This document shows positions 23,010 to 32,000 of a stretch of 32,000 bases of DNA, in pieces. Location: NCBI RefSeq assembly GCF_008065095.1, contig NZ_CP042911.1, positions 690,001 through 722,000 of the forward strand, given 5' to 3'. Within the stretch, counting starts at the first letter, position 1. The number at the start of each line of letters is the position of its first letter. The notes under the pieces were generated by a model. The model did not search any database, was not told where the DNA came from, and saw nothing but the letters and a program-made list of their open reading frames with translations. The position numbers and the translations under genes are program-made. This DNA comes from Gemmata obscuriglobus (GTDB lineage: Bacteria; Planctomycetota; Planctomycetia; Gemmatales; Gemmataceae).

Positions 23010-23882
23010 ATGTCAGCCGTTACCCTGACCACGCGCCCGGACGGCGTCGCGGTGCTCACGTTCGACCAATCGGGAAGCAAGGCCAACGTTCTCACACGCG
23101 AACTGTGGACTGAGTTCGGCGACGCGCTCACATCCCTCTCAACGCGCGCCGACGTGACCGGGCTGGTGCTCGCGAGCGCGAAACCGGGCATCTTCATCGC
23201 GGGCGCGGACCTGAAGCTCCTGGCGAACGCGCCCGTCCCGAACGACCCCGAGGTGCGAGCGTTCATCGAGCAGGGGTTGCGCGTTCTCGAACAACTTGAA
23301 GCGCTGCCGTTTCCCACCTGCGCCGCGATCGACGGCGCCGCGCTCGGCGGCGGGTTGGAGGTGGCACTCGCGTGCGACTGCCGCATCTGCGGAACCAACC
23401 CGAAAGTGCAGTTGGGGCTGCCGGAGGTGAAGCTCGGACTGATCCCGGGGTGGGGCGGAACCCAGCGGCTCCCGCGCGTCCTTGGTGTGAGCGGAATGCA
23501 CCAAGCAAGCACGATGCTCACGACCGGCCAGAGCCTCGATTACCACGGAGCCGTGGCTCACGAACTGGTCGATGTGGCCGTTGAGCCCGCCACGCTGGTT
23601 ACGCAAGCGGCGTACTACGTGCTGCGTGTGGACCGCAAGGACCGCCGGGCGCGCAAGTTCTACCCGCTGAGCCCTCCGTGGGAGCGGCAACGTTTCAAGC
23701 CGCTTCGGGAGCCGGAACCGGGGGCGGCGACGGAAGCCGTGCGCGTTCTGTACGAAGGGGAGCGGTTGCCACTGCGACAAGCCATTCAGCTCGAAACCGA
23801 GGCGTTCATGCAGCTCGCCGGGTCCGAGGAGTCGAAGCGGCTCATCGCGGAGTTCTTCAACCGCAAGGGCACCCGGGGGTGA
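23010..23882 (+). CDS. enoyl-CoA hydratase/isomerase (crotonase) family protein
   Basis: ATG at 23010 (MSAVTLTTRPDGVAVLTFD). Crotonase motifs are present: IFIAGADLK and AAIDGAALGGGLEVALACD. Confidence 0.9.
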   Translation: MSAVTLTTRPDGVAVLTFDQSGSKANVLTRELWTEFGDALTSLSTRADVTGLVLASAKPGIFIAGADLKLLANAPVPNDPEVRAFIEQGLRVLEQLEALPFPTCAAIDGAALGGGLEVALACDCRICGTNPKVQLGLPEVKLGLIPGWGGTQRLPRVLGVSGMHQASTMLTTGQSLDYHGAVAHELVDVAVEPATLVTQAAYYVLRVDRKDRRARKFYPLSPPWERQRFKPLREPEPGAATEAVRVLYEGERLPLRQAIQLETEAFMQLAGSEESKRLIAEFFNRKGTRG

Positions 23883-23904
23883 CCCGGGTGCCCTGGTTGG
23901 TTTC

Positions 23905-23949
23905 GGCCCCAACGGGGCCGCGGGAAATAGTCCGGGGTGAAAACCCCGG
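23905..23949. terminator. two short GC hairpins in a convergent spacer
   Basis: GGCCCC-AAC-GGGGCC (23905-23919) and CCGGGG-TGAAAA-CCCCGG (23932-23949) lie between the crotonase stop and the rseP stop. There are no clear U-tracts. Confidence 0.35.
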
Positions 23950-23958
23950 GCCGGCCGA

Positions 23959-26241
23959 TCAGAACCAGCCGAAGAACAGCCGGCGCACGTCCATCGCGAT
24001 CACGAACACCATCAGCGACAGGATCAGGAACAGGCCGGTGTACATCGCCACCGCGAACAGTCGCTCCGGCACCGGGCGGCCCAAGATCTTCTCCAGCAGC
24101 AGGAACACCATGTGCCCGCCGTCCAGCACCGGGATCGGCAGGAAGTTCACCACCGCCAGGTTCACCGAGATCATCCCCAGGAACAGCAGGAACTGCCAGA
24201 AGTCCTCACCCGCGAACCGGTACGACACGGTCGCGATCGTGAGCGGGCCGCTCATCGTCTTGACGCTCACCCGCCCGAACGCCATCGCGTACAGGTTCAT
24301 GTACACGACCTTGATGAACCGGGTCGTGCGCTGCGCCCCCAGCCGGATCGCGTCGCCCACGTCCGCGGCCACCTGCTCCTGGTTCTCGGTCTGGAAGATC
24401 AGCCCGCGGTCGTCGGTCGGGAACTCCTTGTGCTCGGCGCCCGTGAGCGTGAACTCCTTCACCTCCTCGCCGCGCTTCACCCGGATGTCGAGTTCCGGCG
24501 GGCCGGCCTGGTACGCCGACTCGGCGGACGCCCACTGGTACGACTTCAGGTCCTCCTTCCACTCGCCCGCCTTCAGGTTTCCGGCCGCGTCTCGGGACTT
24601 AAACCGTACCGCGACGATCACGTCGTCGCGCTGGACCCCCGCCGCGGCCGCCGGGCCGCCCGGGGCGACCTCGTCGATCCCGGCGTCCACCCAGTACGCC
24701 AGCCCCAAACCGCTGATCGGGATCGGGCTGTTCGGCAGCGTGCAGCTCTCGCGGTCGAACCGGTACGACGGGTCGAACTCGACCTTCAGCCGCTTGGACA
24801 CGTCGGTGTGGCTGGCCACGTCCTCGCGCAGCACCACGAGTTCCACCGCGACCGGCCCCGAAAGGCCGTTGGCCCACTGGTTGAGTTGGTGCGGGAGCAG
24901 CAGCGGGTCGAGCGGCTTCTGAACCACCTTCTTCGGGTCCTCGACCGCGAACTCGGGCTTGCCGAAATCGATCGGCCCGTTCACGAACCAGACCCGCGCG
25001 CCGCTCGCGTCCGGGGGCAGCAGGACGGCCTTGATCCGGTCGCCGCGGGTGGGGTTCGTGCCCTCGTTGTGCGCGATCACCCCGGCCTTCTCCGCGTTCC
25101 CGCCGGCCCGCAGCGCGACGATCTCGTTCATGCGCATCCGCAGCCCGAGGTCGTGCCGGTAGGTGGGCTTGACCGTGATCGCGACCGGCTGCTGGTCGCC
25201 GTCGGCGCGAACGACGTGGAACGTGATGTCCCTGCCGGCGAGCAGCACCATCCGGCGCTGGTACTCGGCGAAGGACGCAACATCCGTAACGGGCAGCTCC
25301 TGCGTACCCGGCTGGTCCTTCTTGGGCGGCTCGGTCATCTTGACGATCCGGTCGCCGGCCATGAACTTGGGTTCGGCCGCCGCCGCCGGGGTGCCGGGCA
25401 CCGTGGGACTGAAGCCGGACCGCTTCGGGATCGTCATCAGTTTCAACTGCGAGGGCGGCGACACCCCCAGTTGCGGGAACCGCTGGCCCTCGTCGCGCAG
25501 CGGCGAGACGGTGGTCGAAACGGTCTCGGTTCCGCCCCCACGGGTCCAGGTGATCGGCACCTTCTCGTCCTTCTGCGTGCCCATCACGATCGGGCGGATG
25601 TCGTCGAAGAACGGGCTGGTGCGGTCGTCGATCTGGGTGATCTGGTCGCCGGTGCGCATGCCCGCGCGCCACGCGGCACTGCCGCTCTCGACGGTGCCCA
25701 CGGCCGCGGGCTTCTCCTGCACCCCGTGCAGGTACGCCGCCACGAAGCAGGCCATCCCGAGGATGATGTTCATCACCACCCCCGCGGAGATGATGAGCAT
25801 CCGCTGCCCCACCGTCTTCTTGCGGAAGCTGCGCGGGTCGTCGTCGGCCTCCTCGCTGTCGGCCCCGTCCCCCTCGCCCACCATCTGCACGAACCCGCCC
25901 AGCGGGATGATGCCGATCTTGTACGTGGTCTCGCCCCACTTGTACTGGCAGAACGGCACTGCCGGGCCGAACCCGATGCTGAACATGTTGACGTGGACGT
26001 CGCACCACTTGGCCGCGAGGAAGTGGCCCAGCTCGTGGATGAAGATGATGAACCCGAGCCCGAGCACCACCTTGAGGGTGTCGAACGGGTCGAGGTACCG
26101 GCACACGAGCGCGATCACGACGGCGCTGGTGACGAGCGAGAACGCGTTCTCGCGCACCCACCCCCTGAGCGCGGACACCTCCTGGCCGTGGTCGGGCGCG
26201 CCGGCCGCGGCGTTCGGGTCGGTCGGCGGCGGCGGGTTCAT
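23959..26241 (-). CDS. rseP: RIP (site-2) zinc metalloprotease RseP with an enlarged periplasmic region
   Basis: Start at the ATG at 26241 (MNPPPPTD...), which overlaps the dxr stop (ATGA). Contains [10 protein letters not shown] (HExxH), and [13 protein letters not shown] near the C-terminus. The region between them includes PDZ-like segments (e.g. [35 protein letters not shown]). 760 aa. Confidence 0.9.
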   Translation of the reverse strand: MNPPPPTDPNAAAGAPDHGQEVSALRGWVRENAFSLVTSAVVIALVCRYLDPFDTLKVVLGLGFIIFIHELGHFLAAKWCDVHVNMFSIGFGPAVPFCQYKWGETTYKIGIIPLGGFVQMVGEGDGADSEEADDDPRSFRKKTVGQRMLIISAGVVMNIILGMACFVAAYLHGVQEKPAAVGTVESGSAAWRAGMRTGDQITQIDDRTSPFFDDIRPIVMGTQKDEKVPITWTRGGGTETVSTTVSPLRDEGQRFPQLGVSPPSQLKLMTIPKRSGFSPTVPGTPAAAAEPKFMAGDRIVKMTEPPKKDQPGTQELPVTDVASFAEYQRRMVLLAGRDITFHVVRADGDQQPVAITVKPTYRHDLGLRMRMNEIVALRAGGNAEKAGVIAHNEGTNPTRGDRIKAVLLPPDASGARVWFVNGPIDFGKPEFAVEDPKKVVQKPLDPLLLPHQLNQWANGLSGPVAVELVVLREDVASHTDVSKRLKVEFDPSYRFDRESCTLPNSPIPISGLGLAYWVDAGIDEVAPGGPAAAAGVQRDDVIVAVRFKSRDAAGNLKAGEWKEDLKSYQWASAESAYQAGPPELDIRVKRGEEVKEFTLTGAEHKEFPTDDRGLIFQTENQEQVAADVGDAIRLGAQRTTRFIKVVYMNLYAMAFGRVSVKTMSGPLTIATVSYRFAGEDFWQFLLFLGMISVNLAVVNFLPIPVLDGGHMVFLLLEKILGRPVPERLFAVAMYTGLFLILSLMVFVIAMDVRRLFFGWF

Positions 26242-27443
26242 GCTGTCGGGGCTACCGGCGTTCGGGGTCGGGTCCAACGGGCCACCTCCTGCCGCGCCCA
26301 CCGGTCGAGGGCCAAGAGCCTCTCCAGCGTGGGTCGGGTTTCGTAGTCGTGCGAAGAGAGAACCGCCCGGCAGCACCGGGCGATGTCGAGAAACGCCAGC
26401 TCGCCGTTCAGGAAGCGGCCCACGGCCGCCTCGTTGGCCGCGTTGAGCACCGCGCCGCACGTCCCGCCGCGCCGCACCACCTCGAAGCCCAGCTCCAGGG
26501 CCTCGAACGTGTCGCGGTCGGGCTGCTCGAAGCGCAGCGCCGCGAGCGCCTTCCAGTCGAGCCGCTTGGTGGGGCCGGGCACGCGGTCGGGGTGAAGGAG
26601 CGCAAGCTGAATCGGCAGCCGCATGTCCGGGGGCGAGAGCTGGGCGAGCACCGAGCCGTCCCGGAACTCGACGAACGAGTGGACGATCGACTCCGGGTGG
26701 ACGATCACGTCGATCTGCTCGGCGGTCAGCCCGAACAGCCAGCGGGCCTCGATCACCTCCAGCGCCTTGTTCATCAGGGTCGCGGAGTCGATGGTGATCT
26801 TCGGCCCCATCTGCCAGGTCGGGTGCCGCAGCGCCTGCTCGCGGGTGACGGTCTCCAGGTCGCAGGCGCGCTTGCCGCGGAACGGCCCGCCGCTGGCGGT
26901 CAGGACGACGCGGTCCACGTCCGCCGCGGCGTGGCCGGTGAGCGCCTGGAAGATGGCGGAGTGCTCGCTGTCCACGGGCAGGAGCTTCGCGCCCCGGCGC
27001 GCCGCCAGTTCGGTCACGAGCGGCCCGGCGACGACGAGGGTTTCCTTGTTCGCGAGCGCGACTGTCTTGCCGCTCTCGAGCGCTGCCCAGGTGCCGGCCA
27101 GCCCGGCAGCCCCGACGACGGCGGAGACCACCACGTCGGTGTCGGGGTCCGTCGCGATCCGGTGAACGCCGTCCTCGCCACAGAGGAGTTCGGTTCCCGC
27201 GGGGAAAGATTTTCGGTCGGCCCGCTGGAACGCCTCGCGGTCACAGAGGACGGCGAACCGGGGGCGGAACTCGCGGCACTGCTCCGCGAGCTGCTCCCAC
27301 TTCGAGTGGGCCGCCAGGCCGGCGAGTTCGAGCCGCTCGGGCAGGTGCCGGACCACGTCGAGGGTGCTGGTCCCGATGCTCCCGGTGGACCCGAGCACGG
27401 CGACGCGGCGCGGGCGATCGGCTCTCGGTTGTGGTGACTGCAT
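26238..27443 (-). CDS. dxr: 1-deoxy-D-xylulose 5-phosphate reductoisomerase
   Basis: Start at the ATG at 27443 ([30 protein letters not shown]). Contains [19 protein letters not shown] and NAANE. This is canonical Dxr. Confidence 0.95.
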   Translation of the reverse strand: MQSPQPRADRPRRVAVLGSTGSIGTSTLDVVRHLPERLELAGLAAHSKWEQLAEQCREFRPRFAVLCDREAFQRADRKSFPAGTELLCGEDGVHRIATDPDTDVVVSAVVGAAGLAGTWAALESGKTVALANKETLVVAGPLVTELAARRGAKLLPVDSEHSAIFQALTGHAAADVDRVVLTASGGPFRGKRACDLETVTREQALRHPTWQMGPKITIDSATLMNKALEVIEARWLFGLTAEQIDVIVHPESIVHSFVEFRDGSVLAQLSPPDMRLPIQLALLHPDRVPGPTKRLDWKALAALRFEQPDRDTFEALELGFEVVRRGGTCGAVLNAANEAAVGRFLNGELAFLDIARCCRAVLSSHDYETRPTLERLLALDRWARQEVARWTRPRTPVAPTA

Positions 27444-27597
27444 CGCGCCCGCGGGAAGGAACCGCGGGCGTCCCGCCCGCGAGTGATACCGGGCATTGTA
27501 CGACCGGGCCGAACGCGGCAACAAGATGACCCCGCGGCGCCCCACTCGCCGCACGAGTGAGGGGCCGCGGGGCCGTGAGCGGGGCGCAACAACCGGC

Positions 27598-27834
27598 TCA
27601 GTCCCCGGTGCCCAGTTCGAGGTAGTCGGAATCGAGATCGGCGCGGCGCGGGCGGGCGGGCAGGTGGGGCGCCGGGGCGGACGGCGCCGACACGCGGACC
27701 TGGGCCGGGATCAGTCGCAGTCGGATCGGCAGCGGCTCCTCCCCGGGCCGGTCCACGCGAACGCTGATGTCGCGAGCCTCGGCGAGCAGGAAGCCCACCG
27801 GAACGACCACTTGCAGTTCGGATTCCGAAACCAT
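27598..27834 (-). CDS. hypothetical small protein (78 aa)
   Basis: ATG at 27834 lies about 8 nt after AAGGGG. Third positions are mostly G/C. It sits upstream of dxr on the same strand. No family recognised. Confidence 0.4.
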   Translation of the reverse strand: MVSESELQVVVPVGFLLAEARDISVRVDRPGEEPLPIRLRLIPAQVRVSAPSAPAPHLPARPRRADLDSDYLELGTGD

Positions 27835-28498
27835 CGGCGTTTCCCCTTAGAAAAGGGTGACAGGAAAGAGGGGCCGGGCGTACCGGCGCAAACGCCGTGC
27901 CTCGCCGGAGGCACGGGGCGGGCGGTGAGGGCTGGGAGAGGGGCCCGCCGCGAGAGCGACTGATGCGGGTTAAGCGATTAAGATAACGCGCACCGACTGG
28001 GCGTCAAAGAAGTATTTTTGCGATTTCCGGACGATTCTATGGGCATTCGCTCAGGCGGGCGCTGCGGGCTTGAGTGAAACCACGCAGACACTTTAGCGCA
28101 GGAGCCGAAGTTGCGCCACGTGTAACGGCTGAAAATGTTACAAGTTCAGACGTCCGCAAGACCGGTCGGACGGTGTAGGTAAAGTGGCCAAACGGCGGCC
28201 CATTTTCGGCCGCCCGCGGGGATGCGACACGGTCGCCGGGCACGTCTATCGGGAACGCATCGTCACGTGAGCGAGACGCGGCTGAACGGTCGGCGGGGGA
28301 AACGCCACAGCACCCACATCTAACTGATGCCCCCATCCGGGCCGCAAGAGCGCGGGGCCACCGTGGGAACGGCACCATACGGAGGCACGCGGTCTGCCGC
28401 CGAGGGGCCGAGGGCATCGCCGTACCCAGCGCCTTGACCCGGCCTTTCGGACCCGCGACAGTAGTCTCGTTCTGCGTTCCCGTTCGGGAGACGAATTC

Positions 28499-29692
28499 AT
28501 GCGACTCTGGATCTGCACCGCGGCCGTCGCGCTGGGGCTCGCCCCGGCGGCGGCCCGCGCCGACGAGGACACGGCGCGGGCGCTCAAAGCGCTCAAGGCT
28601 GTCGCCAAGGAAGGCAAGGGGAATGAGGACGCCGGCCCGGCGTGGAAGACCCTCGTGAGCCAGGGCGGCCCGGCGCTCTTCCTCGCCCTCGGCGCCTTCG
28701 ACGACGACAACGTCGCGGTCACCAACTGGCTCCGCACCGCCGTGGACGCCATCGCGGAAGGCGAGCACGCCGCCGGCCGCAAGCTCCCCGCGGACAAGCT
28801 CGAAGCGTTCGTCACGGACACCAAGAACGCCGCGACCGCCCGGCGCGCGGCCTACGAACTGCTCGCGGCGCAAGACGAGGCCGTGAAGGCCCGGCTGCTG
28901 CCCGGCTTCCTCAACGACAAGTCGCCCGACCTCCGGCGCGACGCGGTCGCCCACGAACTCGCCATTCTGGAAAAGGCCGCGAAGCCGTCCCTCAAGGCCG
29001 ATCTGGAAAAGTTGTTCGCCCACGCGCGCGACAAGGATCAGGTGGACCTGCTGGCCAAGAAGATCGCGGACGCGGGCGGCAAGGTGAGCGTCACCGAGCA
29101 CTTCGGATTCGTAACGCACGTGGCGCTGGTCGGCCCGTTCGACAGCACCGGCGGAAAAGGGTTCGCGGTCGCGTACCCGCCGGAGGGCGCCCGGGACGCG
29201 AGCGGTAAGTTCCCCGGCAAGGGCGGCGCGGAGGTCAAGTGGCAGCCCGCCGACACGCGGGACAAGTACGGCACGTTCGACCTGAACACGCTGCTCGGGA
29301 AGCACAAGGACGCGGTCGCCTACGCGCAGGCCGTCGTCGTGGCCGGCGCCGAGACCCCGTGCGAGATCCGGGCGACGTGCGCCACCGCGACCCAGATCTT
29401 CCTGAACGGGAAGCTCCTGTGCGCGCACGAGGAGTACCACCACGGCGCCCCGTTCGACTCGCACGTCGGCAAGGGCACGCTGCGGAAGGGCGAGAACGTG
29501 CTCACCCTGAAGGTGTGCCAGAACAACCAGACGGAGCAGTGGGCGCAAACCTGGGCGTTCCAGGTGCGCGTGTGCGACCCGACCGGCGGCCCGCTCCCGC
29601 TGGAGCAGAAGGTGACCACCGACGGCCGAGAGCGGACGATCAAGCTCGGCTTCGTCCCCGAAGGCGGCGAAAAGAAGGAGGAGAAGAAGTGA
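28499..29692 (+). CDS. secreted protein with a helical-repeat (HEAT-like) N-terminal half and a beta-jelly-roll (galactose-binding-domain-like) C-terminal half
   Basis: Signal peptide MRLWICTAAVALGLAPAAARA. The helical part contains DKSPDLRRDAVAHEL. The C-terminal pattern AVAYAQAVVVA....CEIRATCATATQIFLNGKLL....GENVLTLKVCQN...W.F.VRV is typical of jelly-roll modules in planctomycete secreted proteins. Confidence 0.75.
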   Translation: MRLWICTAAVALGLAPAAARADEDTARALKALKAVAKEGKGNEDAGPAWKTLVSQGGPALFLALGAFDDDNVAVTNWLRTAVDAIAEGEHAAGRKLPADKLEAFVTDTKNAATARRAAYELLAAQDEAVKARLLPGFLNDKSPDLRRDAVAHELAILEKAAKPSLKADLEKLFAHARDKDQVDLLAKKIADAGGKVSVTEHFGFVTHVALVGPFDSTGGKGFAVAYPPEGARDASGKFPGKGGAEVKWQPADTRDKYGTFDLNTLLGKHKDAVAYAQAVVVAGAETPCEIRATCATATQIFLNGKLLCAHEEYHHGAPFDSHVGKGTLRKGENVLTLKVCQNNQTEQWAQTWAFQVRVCDPTGGPLPLEQKVTTDGRERTIKLGFVPEGGEKKEEKK

Positions 29693-30891
29693 CCCGGTAC
29701 CTTCTGACTTTTGCGCTCGCGTCCGCCCTCGCGCCCGCGCTGGCGGCGGCCGACTGGCCCCAGTTCAAGGGGCCGAACGCGACCGGCGTTTCGACCGAGA
29801 AGGGGCTCCCGGCGGAGTGGGGCAAGGACAAGGGCGTCGCGTGGCAGGCGAAGCTCCCGGCCCGCGGGGTGTCGTCGCCCGTGGTGGTCGCGGGGCGGGT
29901 GTACGTCACCTGTAGCTCCGGGGTCCGGGACGACCGGCTCCACGTCCTGTGCTTCGACGCGGGCACCGGCAAGCAGCTCTGGCACCGCCAGTTGCAAGCG
30001 ACCGGCGGGACGGCGGCGCACCCGAAGTCGTGCATGGCCGCCAACACCCCGGTGGCCGACGCGGACGGCGTGTACGCGCTGTTCGCCACCGGCGACCTGG
30101 CCGCGTTCGACGCGGACGGCACCCTGCGCTGGTACCGCTCGCTGGTCGGCGACTACCCGACGATCACGAACCAGATCGGCATGGCGGCCTCGCCGATCCT
30201 GGTGGGGGACAAGCTGATCGTGCCGATGGACAACGCGGGCGAATCGTTCCTCGCGGCGGTCGACACGAAGTACGGCAAGAACGTCTGGAAGGCCGAGCGC
30301 CCGCGGGACAGCAACTGGACGACGCCCATCACGCGCGCCGTCGGGTCCACCACCGAGGTGCTGTTCGACGGCCCGAGCGGCCTGACCGCGTACGACGCGG
30401 CGAGCGGCGACAAGCGCTGGTCGTCGAAGGCGTCGAAGGGGTCCATCCCGACCGGCACCCTCGACGGCGACACGCTGTACCTGCCGACCGGCGGGGTGAG
30501 CGCGTTCAAGCTCGGCGCGCAGGGCGTGGCGGAGAAGCCATCCTGGACCGCGAAGGACGTTCAGTCCGGGATGCCGTCGCCGCTGGTGTACCTGGGGCGG
30601 GTGTACGCGGTGACCGGCCAGGGGCTGGTGTCGTGCGCCGAAACGAAGACCGGCAAGACGCTGTACAAGGAGCGGCTGAAGGGGGCGTTCTCGGCGTCCC
30701 CGGTTGCGGCCGACGGGAAGGTGTACTTCCTGAACGAAACCGGCTCGTGCGCGGTACTCGACGCCAAGGCGGACGGGTTCGAGGTGCTGGCGACCAACGA
30801 CCTCCCGGGCGAGACGCTGGGCACCCCGGCGATCGCGCGCGGGCGGATCTTCATCCGCACCGACAAGGCGCTCTACGCCATCGGGAAGTAG
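29689..30891 (+). CDS. secreted PQQ-like beta-propeller repeat protein
   Basis: GTG at 29689 overlaps the upstream stop (GTGA) and is preceded by AAGGAGGAG. The product begins (M)TRYLLTFALASALAPALAAADWPQFKGPNATGVS and continues with propeller blades. It is a paralog of 18502..19755. The upstream part of track ORF 29239.. is out-of-frame overlap with the preceding gene. Confidence 0.85.
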   Translation: MTRYLLTFALASALAPALAAADWPQFKGPNATGVSTEKGLPAEWGKDKGVAWQAKLPARGVSSPVVVAGRVYVTCSSGVRDDRLHVLCFDAGTGKQLWHRQLQATGGTAAHPKSCMAANTPVADADGVYALFATGDLAAFDADGTLRWYRSLVGDYPTITNQIGMAASPILVGDKLIVPMDNAGESFLAAVDTKYGKNVWKAERPRDSNWTTPITRAVGSTTEVLFDGPSGLTAYDAASGDKRWSSKASKGSIPTGTLDGDTLYLPTGGVSAFKLGAQGVAEKPSWTAKDVQSGMPSPLVYLGRVYAVTGQGLVSCAETKTGKTLYKERLKGAFSASPVAADGKVYFLNETGSCAVLDAKADGFEVLATNDLPGETLGTPAIARGRIFIRTDKALYAIGK

Positions 30892-31349
30892 GGTGAGCGA
30901 GCGCGTGATCCTCCGGTTGGCGCACCTGTCTCAACCGGCGGGTCGCACGCGCGCGGCCTCGTGGCGCAGAGCACGAGGTCGCCATGGCTAAATTGACCTT
31001 CCATCGCGGCGGACGCGTTAGAGGACGCCGGGTGCGATGACGCCGAAGCCCTCGCTCACTGCCGGGCCGAGCGGCGGCACTGCCGCGGCTGCTGGGTCGT
31101 TGACCTGCTGCTCGGGAAGTCGTAACGATCCGAGCCGGGCGGTTACGACTGTTGGCACCGTAGCCCAGAAGGTGCGGTGCGAGTAGCCGTCGATCGGCTC
31201 CTTACTGAAGTTCTGGTGGGTTCGGACTTCGCGGTTGCGCGGGGCGCGTGGACGAATATCGGTTGGGGGCGTATCATCACTTTTCACGCTCGGCTCGCGC
31301 AATGCTGCCGCCCGGCGAACCACGAAACACGATAACACGAAACACGACC

Positions 31350-31574
31350 ATGTCCATCGACAAGAGCCTGAAGCGGAAAGCCGGCATGTCCCGGCAGCGG
31401 TGCGTGCTGACCCGCGCCGAGCGCATCACCAAGATGCTGGAAAACGGCAAGTTCGGCGCGGAGTCCAGCCCCTACGGGCTGCCCAAGACCCGCGTCCAGA
31501 AGATCGCCCTCAAGAAGAAGGCGAAGAAGGAAGAGGCCGAAGGCGGGGACGACAAAGCCAAGAAGAAGAAGTAA
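31350..31574 (+). CDS. small basic protein (TIGR04137-like), 74 aa
   Basis: MSIDKSLKRKAGMSRQRCVLTRAERITKMLENGKFG...GLPKTRV plus a Lys-rich tail. This matches my recollection of the small basic protein family shared by planctomycetes and leptospires. The ATG at 31350 is preferred over the longer track ORF. Confidence 0.7.
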   Translation: MSIDKSLKRKAGMSRQRCVLTRAERITKMLENGKFGAESSPYGLPKTRVQKIALKKKAKKEEAEGGDDKAKKKK

Positions 31575-31582
31575 CCGCTCCC

Positions 31583-31640
31583 GCTCGGCTGCGGCGCTCG
31601 TCAGGGACTTTTGCCCCTCAACGAGCGCCACGACCGAGCG
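31583..31640 (+). terminator. extended hairpin after the small basic protein gene
   Basis: CGCTCGG...CCGAGCG (7 bp) encloses GGCGCTCGT...ACGAGCGCC (9 bp), with a 4x4 internal loop and a 19-nt apical loop. No U-tract follows. Confidence 0.45.
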
Positions 31641-31741
31641 TCGTAGTTTCAAGTCCGGACGTTTGCGAGTCGCAAGTCAACCCAGTCGTGTCCTGGACTT
31701 GATGACTTTCGACTTGCCGTCTTGAAACTACCGGGGTTCTA

Positions 31742-32000
31742 ATGCCGCTCGCATACGTCGCGCTCGGGTCCAACCTTGGCGACCGCTGGGCCACACTCTC
31801 AACCGCGGTGAAGCGGCTCCGGGCCGAACCCGGGCTGCGGGTCACCGCGGTTTCGGCGTTCTATGAAACCGCCCCGGTCGATTGCCCGCCCGGGGCCGGT
31901 GAGTTTTTCAACGCCGTCGCCGCGGTCGAAACCGACCGCACGCCCCACGACCTGCTCAAGCTCCTCCTTTACATCGAACGGCAGTTCGGGCGCGTCCGCA
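31742..32000 (+). CDS. folK: 2-amino-4-hydroxy-6-hydroxymethyldihydropteridine diphosphokinase (HPPK), 5' partial
   Basis: Own translation from the ATG at 31742 gives MPLAYVALGSNLGDRWATLSTAVKRLRAEPGLRVTAVSAFYETAPVDCPPGAGEFFNAVAAVETDRTPHDLLKLLLYIERQFGRVR. This shows the classic HPPK N-terminal pattern (A.GSNLGD, S..YET.P, F.N.V, LL..L..IE...GR.R). The frame is open to the window end. It is absent from the ORF track because it is truncated. Confidence 0.85.
   Translation, partial: MPLAYVALGSNLGDRWATLSTAVKRLRAEPGLRVTAVSAFYETAPVDCPPGAGEFFNAVAAVETDRTPHDLLKLLLYIERQFGRVR

Noticed and set aside
31018-31338. 106-aa minus-strand ORF divergent from the small basic protein gene.
   Set aside because: Third-position G/C is only patchily elevated. 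The N-terminal part is just the reverse complement of the AACACGA repeat leader, and there is no SD or recognisable motif. It is left unresolved rather than called.

Overview
Very G+C-rich chromosomal segment; the composition was judged by eye, not computed. The gene content points to a Planctomycetota genome of the Gemmata/Gemmataceae type: a TIGR03067-type secreted domain, two PQQ-like beta-propeller proteins, a Uma2 nuclease, a DinB protein, a TIGR04137-like small basic protein, and long perfect palindromes filling the intergenic spacers. I support about 30 protein-coding genes. Housekeeping genes are recA, a dxr-rseP pair with an ATGA overlap, a SecA-family ATPase, folK (partial), a UbiA-type prenyltransferase, an aldo/keto reductase, a 2-hydroxyacid dehydrogenase and an enoyl-CoA hydratase. 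The rest are mainly envelope or secreted proteins of unknown function. I found no rRNA, tRNA, CRISPR array, transposase or phage gene. Most long ORFs in the six-frame track are antisense shadow ORFs, as expected for high-GC DNA. The most interesting points are listed here. (1) A thioredoxin-fold gene is interrupted by a single in-frame TGA at the position where the redox motif is expected, making it a selenoprotein candidate or a recent pseudogene. (2) The SecA paralog ends inside the helical scaffold domain and follows about 540 bp of non-coding DNA. (3) A roughly 260-bp MITE-like element has terminal inverted repeats and a 29-bp-arm core hairpin. (4) Several unrelated long perfect palindromes sit in convergent spacers. 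(5) A perfect TGTGA-N6-TCACA box lies at 176-191. (6) A GT2 glycosyltransferase is translationally coupled to an unrecognised 471-aa protein, and both lie divergent from the UbiA prenyltransferase. I cannot show from sequence alone that any of these is a new multi-gene system. Every functional call rests on motif recognition without database searches.
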